A DNA stretch of 64,000 bases from an uncultured Methanoregulaceae archaeon (GCA_963705255.1 OY970061.1:640001-704000), one strand, 5' to 3'. Shown: positions 1 to 10,738, counted from the stretch's first letter. The notes: generated from the sequence alone by a model not told the origin. Program-made: numbers and translations.

Positions 1-432
1 ATAGAACGCTTCTTGGACAACCCGGCTGAGCTCACCGGCATTCTTCACGAGGTAGTTGTGCTTCGTGACCGGCATCGTGATGCCCGTGATGTCCGATTCC
101 TGGAAGGCGTCATTGCCCAGGAGGTTGGTCGGGACCTGCCCGGTCAGCGCTACGACAGGGATCGAGTCCATGTAGGCCGTGGCGATCCCGGTAACAAGGT
201 TACATGCACCGGGCCCGGAGGTGGCGAGGCATACGCCTACACGACCGCTTGCCCTCGCATAGCCATCCGCGGCATGCGCTGCAGCCTGTTCGTGCCGTAC
301 AAGGATGTGCCGCAATGACGAGTCGTAGAGTTCATCATAGATCGGCAGCACCACTCCGCCCGGATAACCGAAGATGATCTCGGTTCCCTCGCGCTGGAGT
401 GATTCTACGAGGATTTTTGCCCCGGTTTTCAT
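1..432 (-). CDS. ilvB: Acetolactate synthase large subunit, 5' part (runs off the window start)
   Basis: Manual translation from ATG at 432: [90 protein letters not shown]..., with the canonical FGYPGG, RHEQ and TSGPG motifs. The start overlaps the upstream stop codon. Absent from the ORF track. Confidence 0.95.
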   Translation of the reverse strand, partial: MKTGAKILVESLQREGTEIIFGYPGGVVLPIYDELYDSSLRHILVRHEQAAAHAADGYARASGRVGVCLATSGPGACNLVTGIATAYMDSIPVVALTGQVPTNLLGNDAFQESDITGITMPVTKHNYLVKNAGELSRVVQEAFY

Positions 433-1918
433 GTCCTGTCCCTCAATAGTCTGTTCATGCCGGCGATCATCGCCTCGACACTTGCCATGATGATGTCGGT
501 GCGGGCGCCGCGTGAAGTAATTATCTTCCCGTCTTTACTTAATCTTACTGTCACTTCGACAAGGGCGTCGGTGCCGCCCTGGATTGCGTCAACGTGGTAT
601 CCTCCAGCCGGATGTCGGCAACGTCGCCAACGCACTTGCGCAGGACTTCCATTGCCGCATCCACGGGCCCATCACCCGTTGCAGCCCCGGTCATCTCCAC
701 ACCGTTCACGACCAGCGTGACGGAAGCAGTCGGGATCATGTGGCTGCCTGAAGTAGCAGTGAACTGGCGCATCTTGATGACCGGTTTGCACTCAATCGCA
801 AGCACGGCATCGGCAACCGCCATCAGGTCCGCATCGGTAACCCGTTTTCCGTCATCGCCAAGCTGCTTGATCCTTTTGACAATCTCTTTGATCTGGTTCT
901 GGTCCGCCTTGTAGTTCATTTCGTTAAGGGCAGCCTCGACCGATGCGGAACCGGAATGTTTTCCGAGTACGATCCGTCGCTTGCGGCCCACCATTTCGGG
1001 CTTTACCGATTCATAGGTGGACGGTTCGCGGATCACGCCGTGGGCATGGATGCCGCTTTCATGGGTGAAGGCCATCTCGCCCACGATTGCCTTGTTCACC
1101 GCGAGCGGGACACCTGTATGCCGGGAGACGAGACTTGAGAGCGGGTAGATCAGCTCCTTCCGGATCCGGGTAGGGTAACCATAGAGCACTTCAAGCGCCA
1201 TCACAACTTCCTCGAACGGTGTATTGCCTGCCCGCTCGCCAAGGCCGTTGACGGTCACATGGGCGCAGGAGGCACCGCACTTCAGGGCGGCCATGGTATT
1301 GGTCACAGCAAAGCCGAGGTCGTCGTGACAGTGGATCGAGAGCGGGGCAATCCTTGCCAGCGGAGGGATAAATTCCGCCACCTTCTCCGGGGTCAGCAGC
1401 CCGACCGTATCGCAGAAGCAGAGCCGGTCGGCCCCGCGCTCCACGCCCGACGAAAAGATTGAGTAGAGGAACTGCTGGTCTGCCCTGGACGCGTCCTCAC
1501 CGGAAAGTTCAACAATGAGCCCGCGGTCTTTTGCATACTCCACGGCATCCATCGCCATTGCGACGACCTCACCGCGGGTCTTGCGCATCTTCTTGGCGAT
1601 GTGCAGGTCGCTGACCGGGACGACGAGGTGGATCGAGTCCGCACCGCAGTCCGCAGCATAATCGATGTCCCCGTGCAGAGCCCGGACAAACGTGCAGATC
1701 TCCGATTTAAGCCCGGCATTGGCGATCCGCCGGATTGCTTCACGCTCCCCGTCGGATGCAGCTGCAGAACCGGCCTCGATGACGTCGACACCAATGTCGG
1801 AGAGCCTCGTTGCGATCTCAAATTTCTGGTCCGGGTTCAACGAGACACCGGGAGTCTGTTCCCCGTCCCGTAACGTGGTATCTAAAAAGCGCAGGTTTTC
1901 AACGAATAAAACACTCAC
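429..1918 (-). CDS. cimA: (R)-citramalate/2-isopropylmalate synthase family, with one apparent frameshift near 597
   Basis: ORF 551..1918 has [25 protein letters not shown] and HESGIH. The end of the regulatory domain ([20 protein letters not shown]...[11 protein letters not shown]) continues in ORF 429..635. CimA versus LeuA cannot be resolved from sequence alone. Confidence 0.8.
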
Positions 1919-2293
1919 TCATGGCAGATCACCATGAATATTCGTTGGAATGGAGAATATAAAAAGATTCGGGCAGTTTTTTCCGGCCGCTTCCATGCCG
2001 GTTTTATCAAATGGCGCTGGTTCCGGGGAATCTGGTTGGTAATAAAAAATTGTGGAAATCTCCCTCATGCGCCACCGGTATTAACAACTGACGGGGCGTT
2101 TAAAGTGAAGGATCAGTAACTCCCGGCAACACTCATTGCGCCACCATACCCGCGAGAGATCCCGATGCGGGGAGCTCCAGTAAAAGAATTTCATGGTTCC
2201 GGAACAAACCTCTGGTTCATGCCTGGCTTTCTGAAATTTTATTTTGACCGGGTCATAAAAATATTATTTTTTCACGTCCCACAATTTAAGAGA

Positions 2294-2314
2294 ATGCACA
2301 GATATCTGGTTCAT
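2294..2314. promoter_or_regulatory. Imperfect 21-bp palindrome ATGCACAGATATCTGGTTCAT after a TATA-like box
   Basis: 18/21 identical to 10012..10032. Both copies are preceded by an AT box (TTTAAG / TTTATAAT). Confidence 0.35.
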
Positions 2315-2393
2315 ATCAGAGAGCCGGCACGGGCCGGTCTGTACCTGGAGGAGCCTCTGCCATGGACTTAACGATCCTTTTCACCGAAAATCC

Positions 2394-2846
2394 ATGGCCT
2401 GCCGCATGGTTACAAAAGATTTTCCGGTTGCCCGCCGCAAGTCTCATCCGCATAATCTCAGGGGCGATCGCCTGACCCGCGGGCGCCCGCCGTCCCGGGC
2501 ACTGGAGTACACCGGTGCAATCACGAAGGACCGCGGGCTGGTCCAGCGCTGCCTCCGCGGTCCCGAATCGGTCTGCGATCTCACCATCTATGTCAAGGGC
2601 CGGTACGTTGCGCACGTCCGGATCAAATGCGTGCGCCGGCTCCGTGGAACGGTGCGGGAGATCGAACGCGAGCGTGCACAGGAAGTTGCCGTGCTTCGGT
2701 TCATTGTATCATCGCGGGAGATCTCCCGCGAGATCTGGCTCTGCTCGCCTCGGTACGCATGGCGGTTCTTCCGGGATCTGGATGAAGGCATTGTCGAGAT
2801 CGGCAGGGATGGCGCACCGCTGCTGATGACAAGCCCCGGCAATTAG
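2394..2846 (+). CDS. Hypothetical basic protein, possible PD-(D/E)xK nuclease-like fold; true start probably near 2472 (TRGRPP)
   Basis: Alpha/beta pattern with CDLTI...VRIK and EIWLCSP..W.FF. A GGGGCG element precedes the CTG at 2472. Confidence 0.55.
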   Translation: MACRMVTKDFPVARRKSHPHNLRGDRLTRGRPPSRALEYTGAITKDRGLVQRCLRGPESVCDLTIYVKGRYVAHVRIKCVRRLRGTVREIERERAQEVAVLRFIVSSREISREIWLCSPRYAWRFFRDLDEGIVEIGRDGAPLLMTSPGN

Positions 2847-2937
2847 CGGAAAATAATCTCCGGAGAAATTAGTTACCGGAGAGATTTTAACGGGAACCCC
2901 ATGTTATAATGGGCGAAGGACAGAGTGATAAAACCGG

Positions 2938-3026
2938 GTGAATGGCATCATCCCTCCTGGCACCTCTCCCCCTTTACCATTCACTGTCGGAGAACAGATC
3001 CCCCGGACCATCGATCCCGGGGGATC
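2938..3026. other. Two adjacent inverted repeats (stem-loops) in a non-coding region
   Basis: GTGAATGG...CCATTCAC starting at 2938, and a perfect 10-bp stem GATCCCCCGG-N10-CCGGGGGATC at 2997-3026. Confidence 0.5.
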
Positions 3027-3479
3027 CCTCTCATTTCCAAATCGGGCTCCTTTTGACAAACGGGGGTTATTTCAGGCGATTTCATCCGGTTCCGAATTTG
3101 GCCGGGCACCGAAAAAGTACCTATTTCGGCGAAAGTGGATGCAGATTCATATTTTTCTACCAGTTATGAGCCCGGTTTTAAAATCTAACGCCGGACATTA
3201 AAAGTGCGCAAATAGCACTATTTGGTGACAGAATCGCCTTTTCTCCCTGCAGGGGTAAAGGAAACGAAAGAAAACCCTGTTTTCCGGGATCTGTCTTACG
3301 TCGGAGATCTGGATATTTCCGATGGAGAAACGGGAGTGTCTGGCAAGAAAACATGATTAGTTTTAATGATCACACAACACTTTCGCACTTTGAAGCATCA
3401 GGTTTATCGTGGGTTGAGATTAAAGCCGTATCGATGAAAAAACGAATGATCTTCTGGATATAAAAAAATTGAGAATAAC

Positions 3480-3727
3480 ATGTATTACGCACACTCAACA
3501 AAAAACCCGGACAAATCGGACGGCAGTTGCTCAAAGTTCATCTGACAAATGTCGCGAAGAGGTCAGCAGACTTCGCGAACAAATTCAATGGAGGCGGACT
3601 TGCATGTGCCGGGGTCCTGCTTCACGATCTCAGGAAATATCCCAGCGATTTTTAGAGACGACTCGAAGGTTCAGGTATTCATGTAGATCATGGCACAGCC
3701 GGTGCGCAGGAGGCTGCAAAATTATAT
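3480..3727 (+). pseudogene. cas3: Decayed, truncated N-terminal HD-nuclease region of type I-C-like Cas3
   Basis: ATG 3480 gives MYYAHSTKNPDKSD, then after a 1-nt shift QLLKVHLTNVAKRSADFANKFNGGGLACAGVLLHDLRKYPSDF*RRLEGSGIHVDHGTAGAQEAAKLY. This matches the Cas3 pattern YAHS...WQ.L..HL..VA...LLHDLGKY...FQ.RL.G....VDHSTAGA, with a frameshift, an in-frame TAG and a truncation. Confidence 0.85.
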
Positions 3728-3733
3728 CTGGCC

Positions 3734-3754
3734 GTCTCGTCCCGTGCGGGTGTG
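3734..3754 (+). CRISPR. Single degenerate 5' half of a type I-C-like CRISPR repeat; no array
   Basis: GTCTCGTCCCGTGCGGGTGTG versus the typical I-C repeat start GTCGCACCCCGTGCGGGTGCG (recalled consensus), 17/21 identical. It begins 6 nt after Cas3 similarity ends. Confidence 0.5.
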
Positions 3755-3830
3755 CCCCCTACCCGATAACCAATCCCTGAACCAAGAGACTATATTTTAC
3801 CGGTCCAAACTATCCGGCAGAAACCGGGAT

Positions 3831-4514
3831 ATGCATATGCCACTCTCCAGAAAACCCGATCCGTCATCCGCCCCCGCGTCCTGCGAGGAGATTGCCTGGC
3901 AGTGCCGGAAGCTGAATGTGGCAGCGACCCGTGGCGAGCTCGGCGAGCAGATAGCACGCCTCGTCCTGCAGCACCCGCCGGTCGAGATCCAGCGGATGAA
4001 GCGGAACTTTGCCACAAAGATCAAGGACCTCGCACCGGACTACCGCGACCTGCTGACAGGGAAGATCACCGAACACCTGCTCGGGACCTTCCAGCGGATA
4101 CGGCTCATGCACCAGCAGGGGAGTTTCAGGGCCATGCAGGAACCGGTCGATGACAACCAGAGGAAGTACTGGGAGATGGTGGCGGAACAGTGCCGGGACG
4201 AGGACGGTGGAGATGCCCCGGCAATCCGGTTCCTGAAGTACCTTCTTGCCGGCTTCTGCATGCTGGTACTGGACGAGCCCGGCCACCCGCCCGGCACGCC
4301 GTTTCCGGGCGGCGACATGGTCGAGTTCACGGACGGCGTCTACCACTGCCCGGTCCGGGAGAAAGCAAACGATGTAGACGCAGCCCTCTGCACGTTCTGC
4401 CCTGCCTGCCAGACTCCGGAGATCGGCTATCTCCGGCCTCCGACGAACCCAAGCGAGCACCGGAAACAGGAGTTTATCGAACACTGCCACCGGTTCCACA
4501 ACTTCAACGGGTAG
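3831..4514 (+). CDS. DUF2115/UPF0305 family protein (methanogen-conserved, Cys-rich C-terminus)
   Basis: HPPGTPFPGG..V...DGVYHCPVREK...ALC.FCPA.Q motif. Start placed at ATG 3831/3837 because the ORF-track extension to 3690 overlaps the cas3 remnant. Confidence 0.8.
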   Translation: MHMPLSRKPDPSSAPASCEEIAWQCRKLNVAATRGELGEQIARLVLQHPPVEIQRMKRNFATKIKDLAPDYRDLLTGKITEHLLGTFQRIRLMHQQGSFRAMQEPVDDNQRKYWEMVAEQCRDEDGGDAPAIRFLKYLLAGFCMLVLDEPGHPPGTPFPGGDMVEFTDGVYHCPVREKANDVDAALCTFCPACQTPEIGYLRPPTNPSEHRKQEFIEHCHRFHNFNG

Positions 4515-4675
4515 TAGTCCGTGGTATAATTCTCAATACTTCTATAGAGACACATTTCCTGCCATTATCAGGAAAAAAACGTGAAAATGGCGGAGAATTT
4601 ATTTTATACCGTGTCCATGAATAGTATTGGAACGTAAGGGGTAAACCCTGTTTCGGGTGTTTTCACCGGGGTAAA

Positions 4676-6782
4676 ATGATGAACACTACGCAGCTGCTTG
4701 CTGATAACCCTTCCCTTTATATCAACCGTGAACTGAGCTGGATACGGTTCAACCGGCACGTGCTTGACGAGGCCCGGGATGAAAGCCACCCTTTACTGGA
4801 ACGTGTGAAGTTTCTCGCTATATTCGCAAACAATCTCGATGAATATTTCATGATCCGTGTCTCTGGTCTCCAGCGCCAGCTGGCAAAAGGTGTCCTGAAA
4901 TCCCCCCCGGACGGGATGACTCCTTCACAACAACTGGATGCCATCCGGCAGATGCTCATTCCCGAACTTGAGGCCCAGTATGCTACCTGGCATACCGAGA
5001 TCCTGCCCAGGCTCGATGCTACCGGCATCCATATCCACATGTATGCCGATCTTTCGGACGTGCAGAAAGCGTCCATGCACACCTTCTTTGTCAATGAGGT
5101 CTTTCCTGTCCTGACTCCTCTTGCCTTCGACAGCTCCCACCCGTTTCCCTTCATCTCCAACCTCTCCCTCAACCTCGCAATCGTCATCCGCGATACGGCA
5201 AAAAAAGAGTATTTCGCCAGGGTCAAGGTCCCGACCAACCTGTTCTCCCGGCTGGTCCGGATTCCTGATGCTGACACCGGCATACGTACCAAGGATACCG
5301 ACGTCCACCTGATCTACATAGAGGAGATTATTGCGGCCCATCTCGACATGCTCTTTCCCGGGCTTGATGTTGTCGCCGCCTTCCCGTTCAGGATCACCCG
5401 GGACGCGGATCTCGAAATCGAGGTGGACGAGGCCTCTGATCTCCTGACCACGGTTGAGGAGATCATGGAACAGCGTGCAAGGGGTAAACCTGTCCGTATA
5501 GAAATGGAATGTTCCATGCACGAGAATATCTGCCATATGCTCGAGAAGAAACTGGGGGTTCTGCCCGATATGATCTACCGAGTCGACCACCCTGTCGGTA
5601 TGGCAGATCTGATGGAGCTCCTTGCCCTGGATCGCGCCGACCTGAAAGATATCCCCTTCCCCCCTTCAGTACCTGATGAGATTGGCGAGGGGAAAGATAT
5701 CTTCGCGGCAATCCGCCAGCACGACGTCCTGCTCTATCATCCCTATGACAGCTTCACACCTGTCGTAAACCTCCTCAGGCAGGCAGCCCATGACCCGGAT
5801 GTTCTTGCCATCAAGATCACCCTTTACCGTGTGGGTTCCAACTCGCCGATTGTCAATGCCCTCATGGAAGCACGTGAGAACGGGAAGGCAGTCGCTGCGT
5901 TGATCGAACTCAAGGCACGGTTTGACGAGGAGAACAATATCGGCTGGGCCCGTGCGCTTGAACATGAAGGGGTACATGTCGTCTACGGTGTTGTCGGCCT
6001 CAAGGTTCATGCCAAACTCTGCATGATTGTCCGGAGAGAGAAAGACGGGATCCGCAGGTACGTGCACCTCGGCACCGGCAATTACAATGCCACGACCTCC
6101 CGCATCTATACGGATTTCGGGTTTCTGACTGCGGACCGGGCCATTGGCGAAGATGTCGCCAATCTCTTCAATTTCCTTACCGGCTATGCGCGGATTGAGA
6201 AATACCAGAAATTGCTTGTGGCACCAATAAGTTTGCGGAACGGGGTCGTCGATCGCATTAACCGGGAGGTTGAACGGCATCGCGAACATGGGGACGGTCA
6301 TCTCATCTTCAAGATGAATGCACTTGTCGACCCGCTCTGCATTGTTGCATTGTACAGGGCATCCCAGGCTGGCGTGAAGGTGGAGTTGCAGGTGCGTGGG
6401 ATCTGCTGTCTCCGCCCGGATATCCCTGGATTCAGCGAGAATATCACGGTTAGTGCGATTGTCGGCAGGTTCCTTGAACATGCACGGATCTATTATTTCC
6501 ATAATGGAGGAAATGAAGAGATATTCCTTGGAAGTGCCGATCTGATGCCGCGTAACCTTGACCGCCGCGTCGAAGTCCTCTTCCCGGTGGAAAACCCGGT
6601 AATCCGGGATGCCATCGTGACTACGATCCTGCCGGCACAATTCCATGATACCGTCAAGACTCCGGTATCTGCAGGCTGACGGAACCTATAACCGCGCCTT
6701 TCCCGCACCGGGTACAGTTCCGCTGAATGTCCAGTCATGGCTGGTGGATCACCAGGGATCATGGTATGACAGGCATACCTGA
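4676..6782 (+). CDS. ppk1: Polyphosphate kinase 1, with an apparent frameshift near 6660
   Basis: YINRELSW, NNLDEYFMIRV, ELKARFDEENN, KVHAKL, GTGNYN, GRFLEH and SADLMPRNLDRRVE motifs. The C-terminus continues in another frame (RYLQADGTY...NVQSWL...RHT*) to TGA 6780-6782. Confidence 0.95.
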
Positions 6783-8382
6783 ACTGGTCCCCCCCAAGAC
6801 CGGGCTCTGCTGGTTCGGTATACGGAGTCTCCCCCCGCTCCTCGAAGCCTTTGAAAAGGAGATCGAAGGGGTAAAAGCTTCCGAGGATATCGAGTATATC
6901 CACCGCATGCGAGTCGCTTCCCGCCGCCTCCGGGCCGCCCTGCCCCTCTTCCGGCGCTGTTTTCCGCAGAAGCAATATGCCCGCTGGATGCACGAGATCG
7001 CTGGTATTACCCAGGCACTCGGCATGGCCCGGGACATGGATGTGCAGATCGCATTTCTGCTCAGGTTCCGGAAAAAGCGTTCTGCTTCTCTAGGTGTCCG
7101 GAACCATACAGGACCCGGTACCGCAAACCCGATGGAACCGGCAATCGCATACCTCCTGAAAGATCTCAGGAGGAAGCGGCGAGAGCTCCAGGTCCGCATC
7201 CTCTCAGCCCTTGAGGCGCTGCAGAAGAGCGGAGTCGTCGGCGAAATTCGTACGACATGTTTTTCGCAGATCGCTGCCGCAGGCGGACGCCCGTGCAATC
7301 CCTTGCCTATGGAGTACCGACCGTGGCGGCCCACCGTATCGTGTCGCGCCTTGAAGCCATGCGATCCTATGAGCCCTGGGTAACGCATCCCGACGCGGTA
7401 GCAGAACACCACGCAATGCGGATAGCGGCAAAAAAACTCCGGTATACAATGGAGGTGTACGGGCCCGTATACCGCCTCGGCCTGAAAAAACCCCACGCGC
7501 GGGTGAAGAGGGTGCAGGAGATCCTCGGGGATCTCCATGACTGCGATGTCTGGATCGACCATGTCACCCGGCTGCTCTTACGGGAGCGGAGCCGCATGAG
7601 GTCAGAGAAAAAAGAGAAGCGCCCGGACACCGCAACGCTTGCAAGTCTGCGTATTTTCCTGCACAACCGCGAACGGGAACGGATCCTGGTGCACCGCCAT
7701 TTTGTACGCTACTGGCAGACCCTCACCAGGGTAAAGATATGGAACGATCTCCGGCAGACTCTCACGAAGGGGCGGAGGAAGCGGTTCATCCCTGTACAGG
7801 AATTCCGGGAACTGGAGGTCCATATGGCGTGTGAAGCTTTCGCGGCGGCCTATCCTGACTGGCTTGCACACCACCGGACCGTGACCCGGCTCGCGATCAT
7901 GCTCTTTGACAGCCTGCAGTCCCTGCACCGGATGTCCCGGCACGACCGTGCTCTTCTCGAAAGTGCCGCCCTGCTCCATGACATTGGCTGGGTCGGTGGC
8001 CAGAAGCGGCATAATGCCCGTACCGCCCGCATGATCTTCGCTGAAGAATCACTGCCGCTCGATATATCCGACCGCATCGTGGTCGGCCTTGTCGCCGGCG
8101 CCCACCGCGGTCAGGTCCGCACCGGATCCCACCCCCTCTTCGCCCTGCTCGGCCCCGAACACCAGAAGAGAGTACTTCAGACTCGCAGCAATCCTCCGTG
8201 TTGCGGACGGTCTTGACTTCCTCCATACGGGGTCAGTCCAGGAGATACACTGCATCATCGGCACCGGAGAAATTACGTGCGATGTCATATCTGCCGTTGA
8301 TGTCATGTCTGAAAAAGAGCGGGCGCGCTCGAAGTCCGGACTCTTTGTCAGCATGTTTGAACGGGAACTGGTGATCCGGTGA
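6766..8382 (+). CDS. CHAD domain (polyP-binding) protein fused to a Ppx-type HD domain; two apparent frameshifts (~7280, ~8175)
   Basis: CHAD motifs EYIHRMRVASRRLR, HAMRIAAKKLRY and QEILGDLHDCDV. HD part: H..TVTRLA..LFD, AALLHDIG, LAAILRVADGLD. Pieced together from ORFs 6727..7383, 7257..8216 and 8089..8382. Confidence 0.85.
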
Positions 8383-9965
8383 CGGATGAGGGCATCGGCC
8401 CTGACGGGCGGGTCGTCACGTTCATCGACATGGGGACCAACTCGATCCGGGTGCTGGTCGTCCGCCTCAATCCGAACCATTCCTATACGATCCTGACACG
8501 GCAGAAACAGCAGGTGCGGCTGGGTGAAGGGGAGTTCGAGGACGATGAGATCCTGCCGGAGGCGATGGAACGCGCCGTAATGGTGGCAAAAAAATTCTCG
8601 GACCTGGCACGGACCTTCCATTCCGACGAATTCGTTGCCGTCGCCACCTCTGCCACCCGCGAGGCATCGAACCAGAACGAGCTGTTGCACAGGATACGTC
8701 AGGAGGCGCAGCTCGACGTCCGCGTCATCTCCGGCCGTGAGGAAGCGCGGCTGATCTATCTCGGGGTTGCGAGCGGTATCCATCTCGGGGACCGTACGGC
8801 CCTGTTCATCGATATCGGCGGGGGCAGTACCGAGATCGCGATCGGGGGGTCGAAGGACTACCAGTACCTCGACAGTTTCAGGCTCGGGGCGATCCGGCTC
8901 ACGAACCACTGTTTCCCGGCAGGGGAGGCCGGCCCGGTAACTCCGGAGGAGTACCAGAAACTCCGGCAGCATATCCAGAATGCCATCATCCATTCGGTGC
9001 GCGAGATACGGAAGTATGGACCGGACTGTGTTGTTGGCAGTTCCGGTACCATCATGAACCTTGCCGAGATTGCGGCCAAAGCCCTGCACCCGTCAGAAGG
9101 GAGTCCTGACCAGATCCTGACCTACCGGGATCTCAAAAAAGTCATCGATCTCCTCTGCTCACTTCCCCTTGAACAGCGCAGGAAGGTGCCGGGAATCAAC
9201 CCGGAGCGGGCCGATATCATCATCGCGGGAGCTGCCATTCTCGAGACCCTGATGAAGGAACTATCCCTCGATTCGGTCATCACGACCAACCGCGGACTGC
9301 AGGATGGTCTCCTCGCCGATTATCTTTCGCGGCTGGATGACTTCCCTCTGCTGGGAGAGCTCACCCCGCGGCAACGGAGCGTGCTCCAGCTGGGGAGGTC
9401 GTGCGGGATCAATGAAGTGCACGCCCGTACTGTCACAAGCCTCGTGCTCTCGCTTTTCGATTCGGCCAAGGATCTCCGGCTCCACACCTTCGGGGATACG
9501 GAACGCGAACTGCTGGAATATGCGACCTTCCTCCACGACATCGGGTCGTTCATCTCGTACACCAACCACCACGCGCATTCCTATTACATCATAAAAAATT
9601 CCGAGCTTCTCGGTTTTGACCAGAAGGAAGTGACGTTCATGGCAAACCTTGCCCGTTTCCACCGGAAAAAAACACCCCGAAAAAAAGATCCCGGCATTTC
9701 CGAGCTCGACTCCCGGGAACGGGACGCCCTCATGATCCTTGCCACGTTCATCCGGCTCGGGGAAAGCCTTGACCGGAGCCATGCCGCGCTGATCCAGCAC
9801 GTGCGATTTTCCCGTGCGGACAGGGAGTCAGTATGGCTCGAAGTCCTCGGGAGGGGAGACTGTCAGCTGGAGATCTGGGGGATAGAGGCCGAGAAGAGAG
9901 GGTTTGAAAAGACATTCGGCAGGAAACTCATCATCCAAGTCCTGAGTGCTGATGACTCCTATTAA
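8379..9965 (+). CDS. ppx: Exopolyphosphatase, Ppx/GppA family with C-terminal HD domain
   Basis: IDMGTNSIR, ATSATREA, ISGREEARL, DIGGGSTE and LHDIG motifs. The GTG start overlaps the upstream TGA. Confidence 0.93.
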   Translation: MTDEGIGPDGRVVTFIDMGTNSIRVLVVRLNPNHSYTILTRQKQQVRLGEGEFEDDEILPEAMERAVMVAKKFSDLARTFHSDEFVAVATSATREASNQNELLHRIRQEAQLDVRVISGREEARLIYLGVASGIHLGDRTALFIDIGGGSTEIAIGGSKDYQYLDSFRLGAIRLTNHCFPAGEAGPVTPEEYQKLRQHIQNAIIHSVREIRKYGPDCVVGSSGTIMNLAEIAAKALHPSEGSPDQILTYRDLKKVIDLLCSLPLEQRRKVPGINPERADIIIAGAAILETLMKELSLDSVITTNRGLQDGLLADYLSRLDDFPLLGELTPRQRSVLQLGRSCGINEVHARTVTSLVLSLFDSAKDLRLHTFGDTERELLEYATFLHDIGSFISYTNHHAHSYYIIKNSELLGFDQKEVTFMANLARFHRKKTPRKKDPGISELDSRERDALMILATFIRLGESLDRSHAALIQHVRFSRADRESVWLEVLGRGDCQLEIWGIEAEKRGFEKTFGRKLIIQVLSADDSY

Positions 9966-10011
9966 GAGACAGGACACAGTACCACCGTTTTTTATAAGTT
10001 TTTTATAATAT

Positions 10012-10032
10012 ATGCACCGGTATCTGGTACAT
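10012..10032. promoter_or_regulatory. Imperfect 21-bp palindrome ATGCACCGGTATCTGGTACAT
   Basis: Second copy of the 2294 motif, directly after TTTTATAATAT. Confidence 0.35.
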
Positions 10033-10185
10033 CCTGTCCCGCCGGGATCCGGATGGCTGCATAAGCAATTATATGATTTGTCCCGTAAGTTCAGGAGGTC
10101 GGTTTTTCTGATCACGTACAAACAGGCAGTGATATCAGAAGGAGGGGTCTCCATCCGAAGAAAAAATGAGAACAGGTCTCCCCGG

Positions 10186-10425
10186 TTATTTCGGGAGAGC
10201 AGCAAGGATCATGTCTTTTACACCCGGCGGGAGGTTGATCCCGTCGAGAATAACCGGGACAACGCTCATGAGCGCTTTCTGTCCTTCCTGCGTTGCTGCA
10301 AAACTTTTCAGCATATCTGTACCTTGAGGGGATGCGAGAAACTTCTTTGCTGCGTCCTGTCCATCAGGGCTGGCAAGGAAGCTTCCGATCGCCCCGCCCA
10401 TTCCACCTAGACTTCCAAAATCCAT
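10186..10425 (-). CDS. Small hypothetical helical protein (79 aa) with an internal FLASPxG repeat
   Basis: Protein-like composition with a threefold F(L/A)A(S/T)xxG repeat. A GTGA element and an AT-rich promoter lie upstream. Confidence 0.7.
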   Translation of the reverse strand: MDFGSLGGMGGAIGSFLASPDGQDAAKKFLASPQGTDMLKSFAATQEGQKALMSVVPVILDGINLPPGVKDMILAALPK

Positions 10426-10738
10426 GTCTGGTCACTTCACGTTATTGCTTATACCCGTTGATCACGGATTAATTTAAACATAACCTCCCGATCGTTCCGA
10501 TACTCACTTGCATGCCGAACTGGGTGAATGCTGAAAATTGTTACCCTGAACATGAAAACGAACGCGTATTCCCGCCAACTCTGCCCGAAGTTCGCCGTCC
10601 AGGGGGCGGGTTCATGCCGCCGCCCCTATCCCGAAAGTTTTCTCTGGGTATGCCAGGTTATATTCCGTCGCGTGGTTCGATCTCTTTACGGCGCAGTTTT
10701 CCGGGAGTCCGTCAGGATCTAACATCGGCCCGGGATCC

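Noticed and set aside
3408-3420. CGTGGGTTGAGAT resembling the 3' end of a type I-C repeat (CGTGGATTGAAAC)
   Set aside because: Only 10/13 identity, no matching 5' half, and it overlaps a plausible promoter. Compatible with chance.
3469-3830. ORF 3469..3780 and the N-terminal extension of ORF 3690..4514
   Set aside because: These are off-frame readings across the cas3 remnant. The DUF2115 protein more plausibly starts at 3831/3837.
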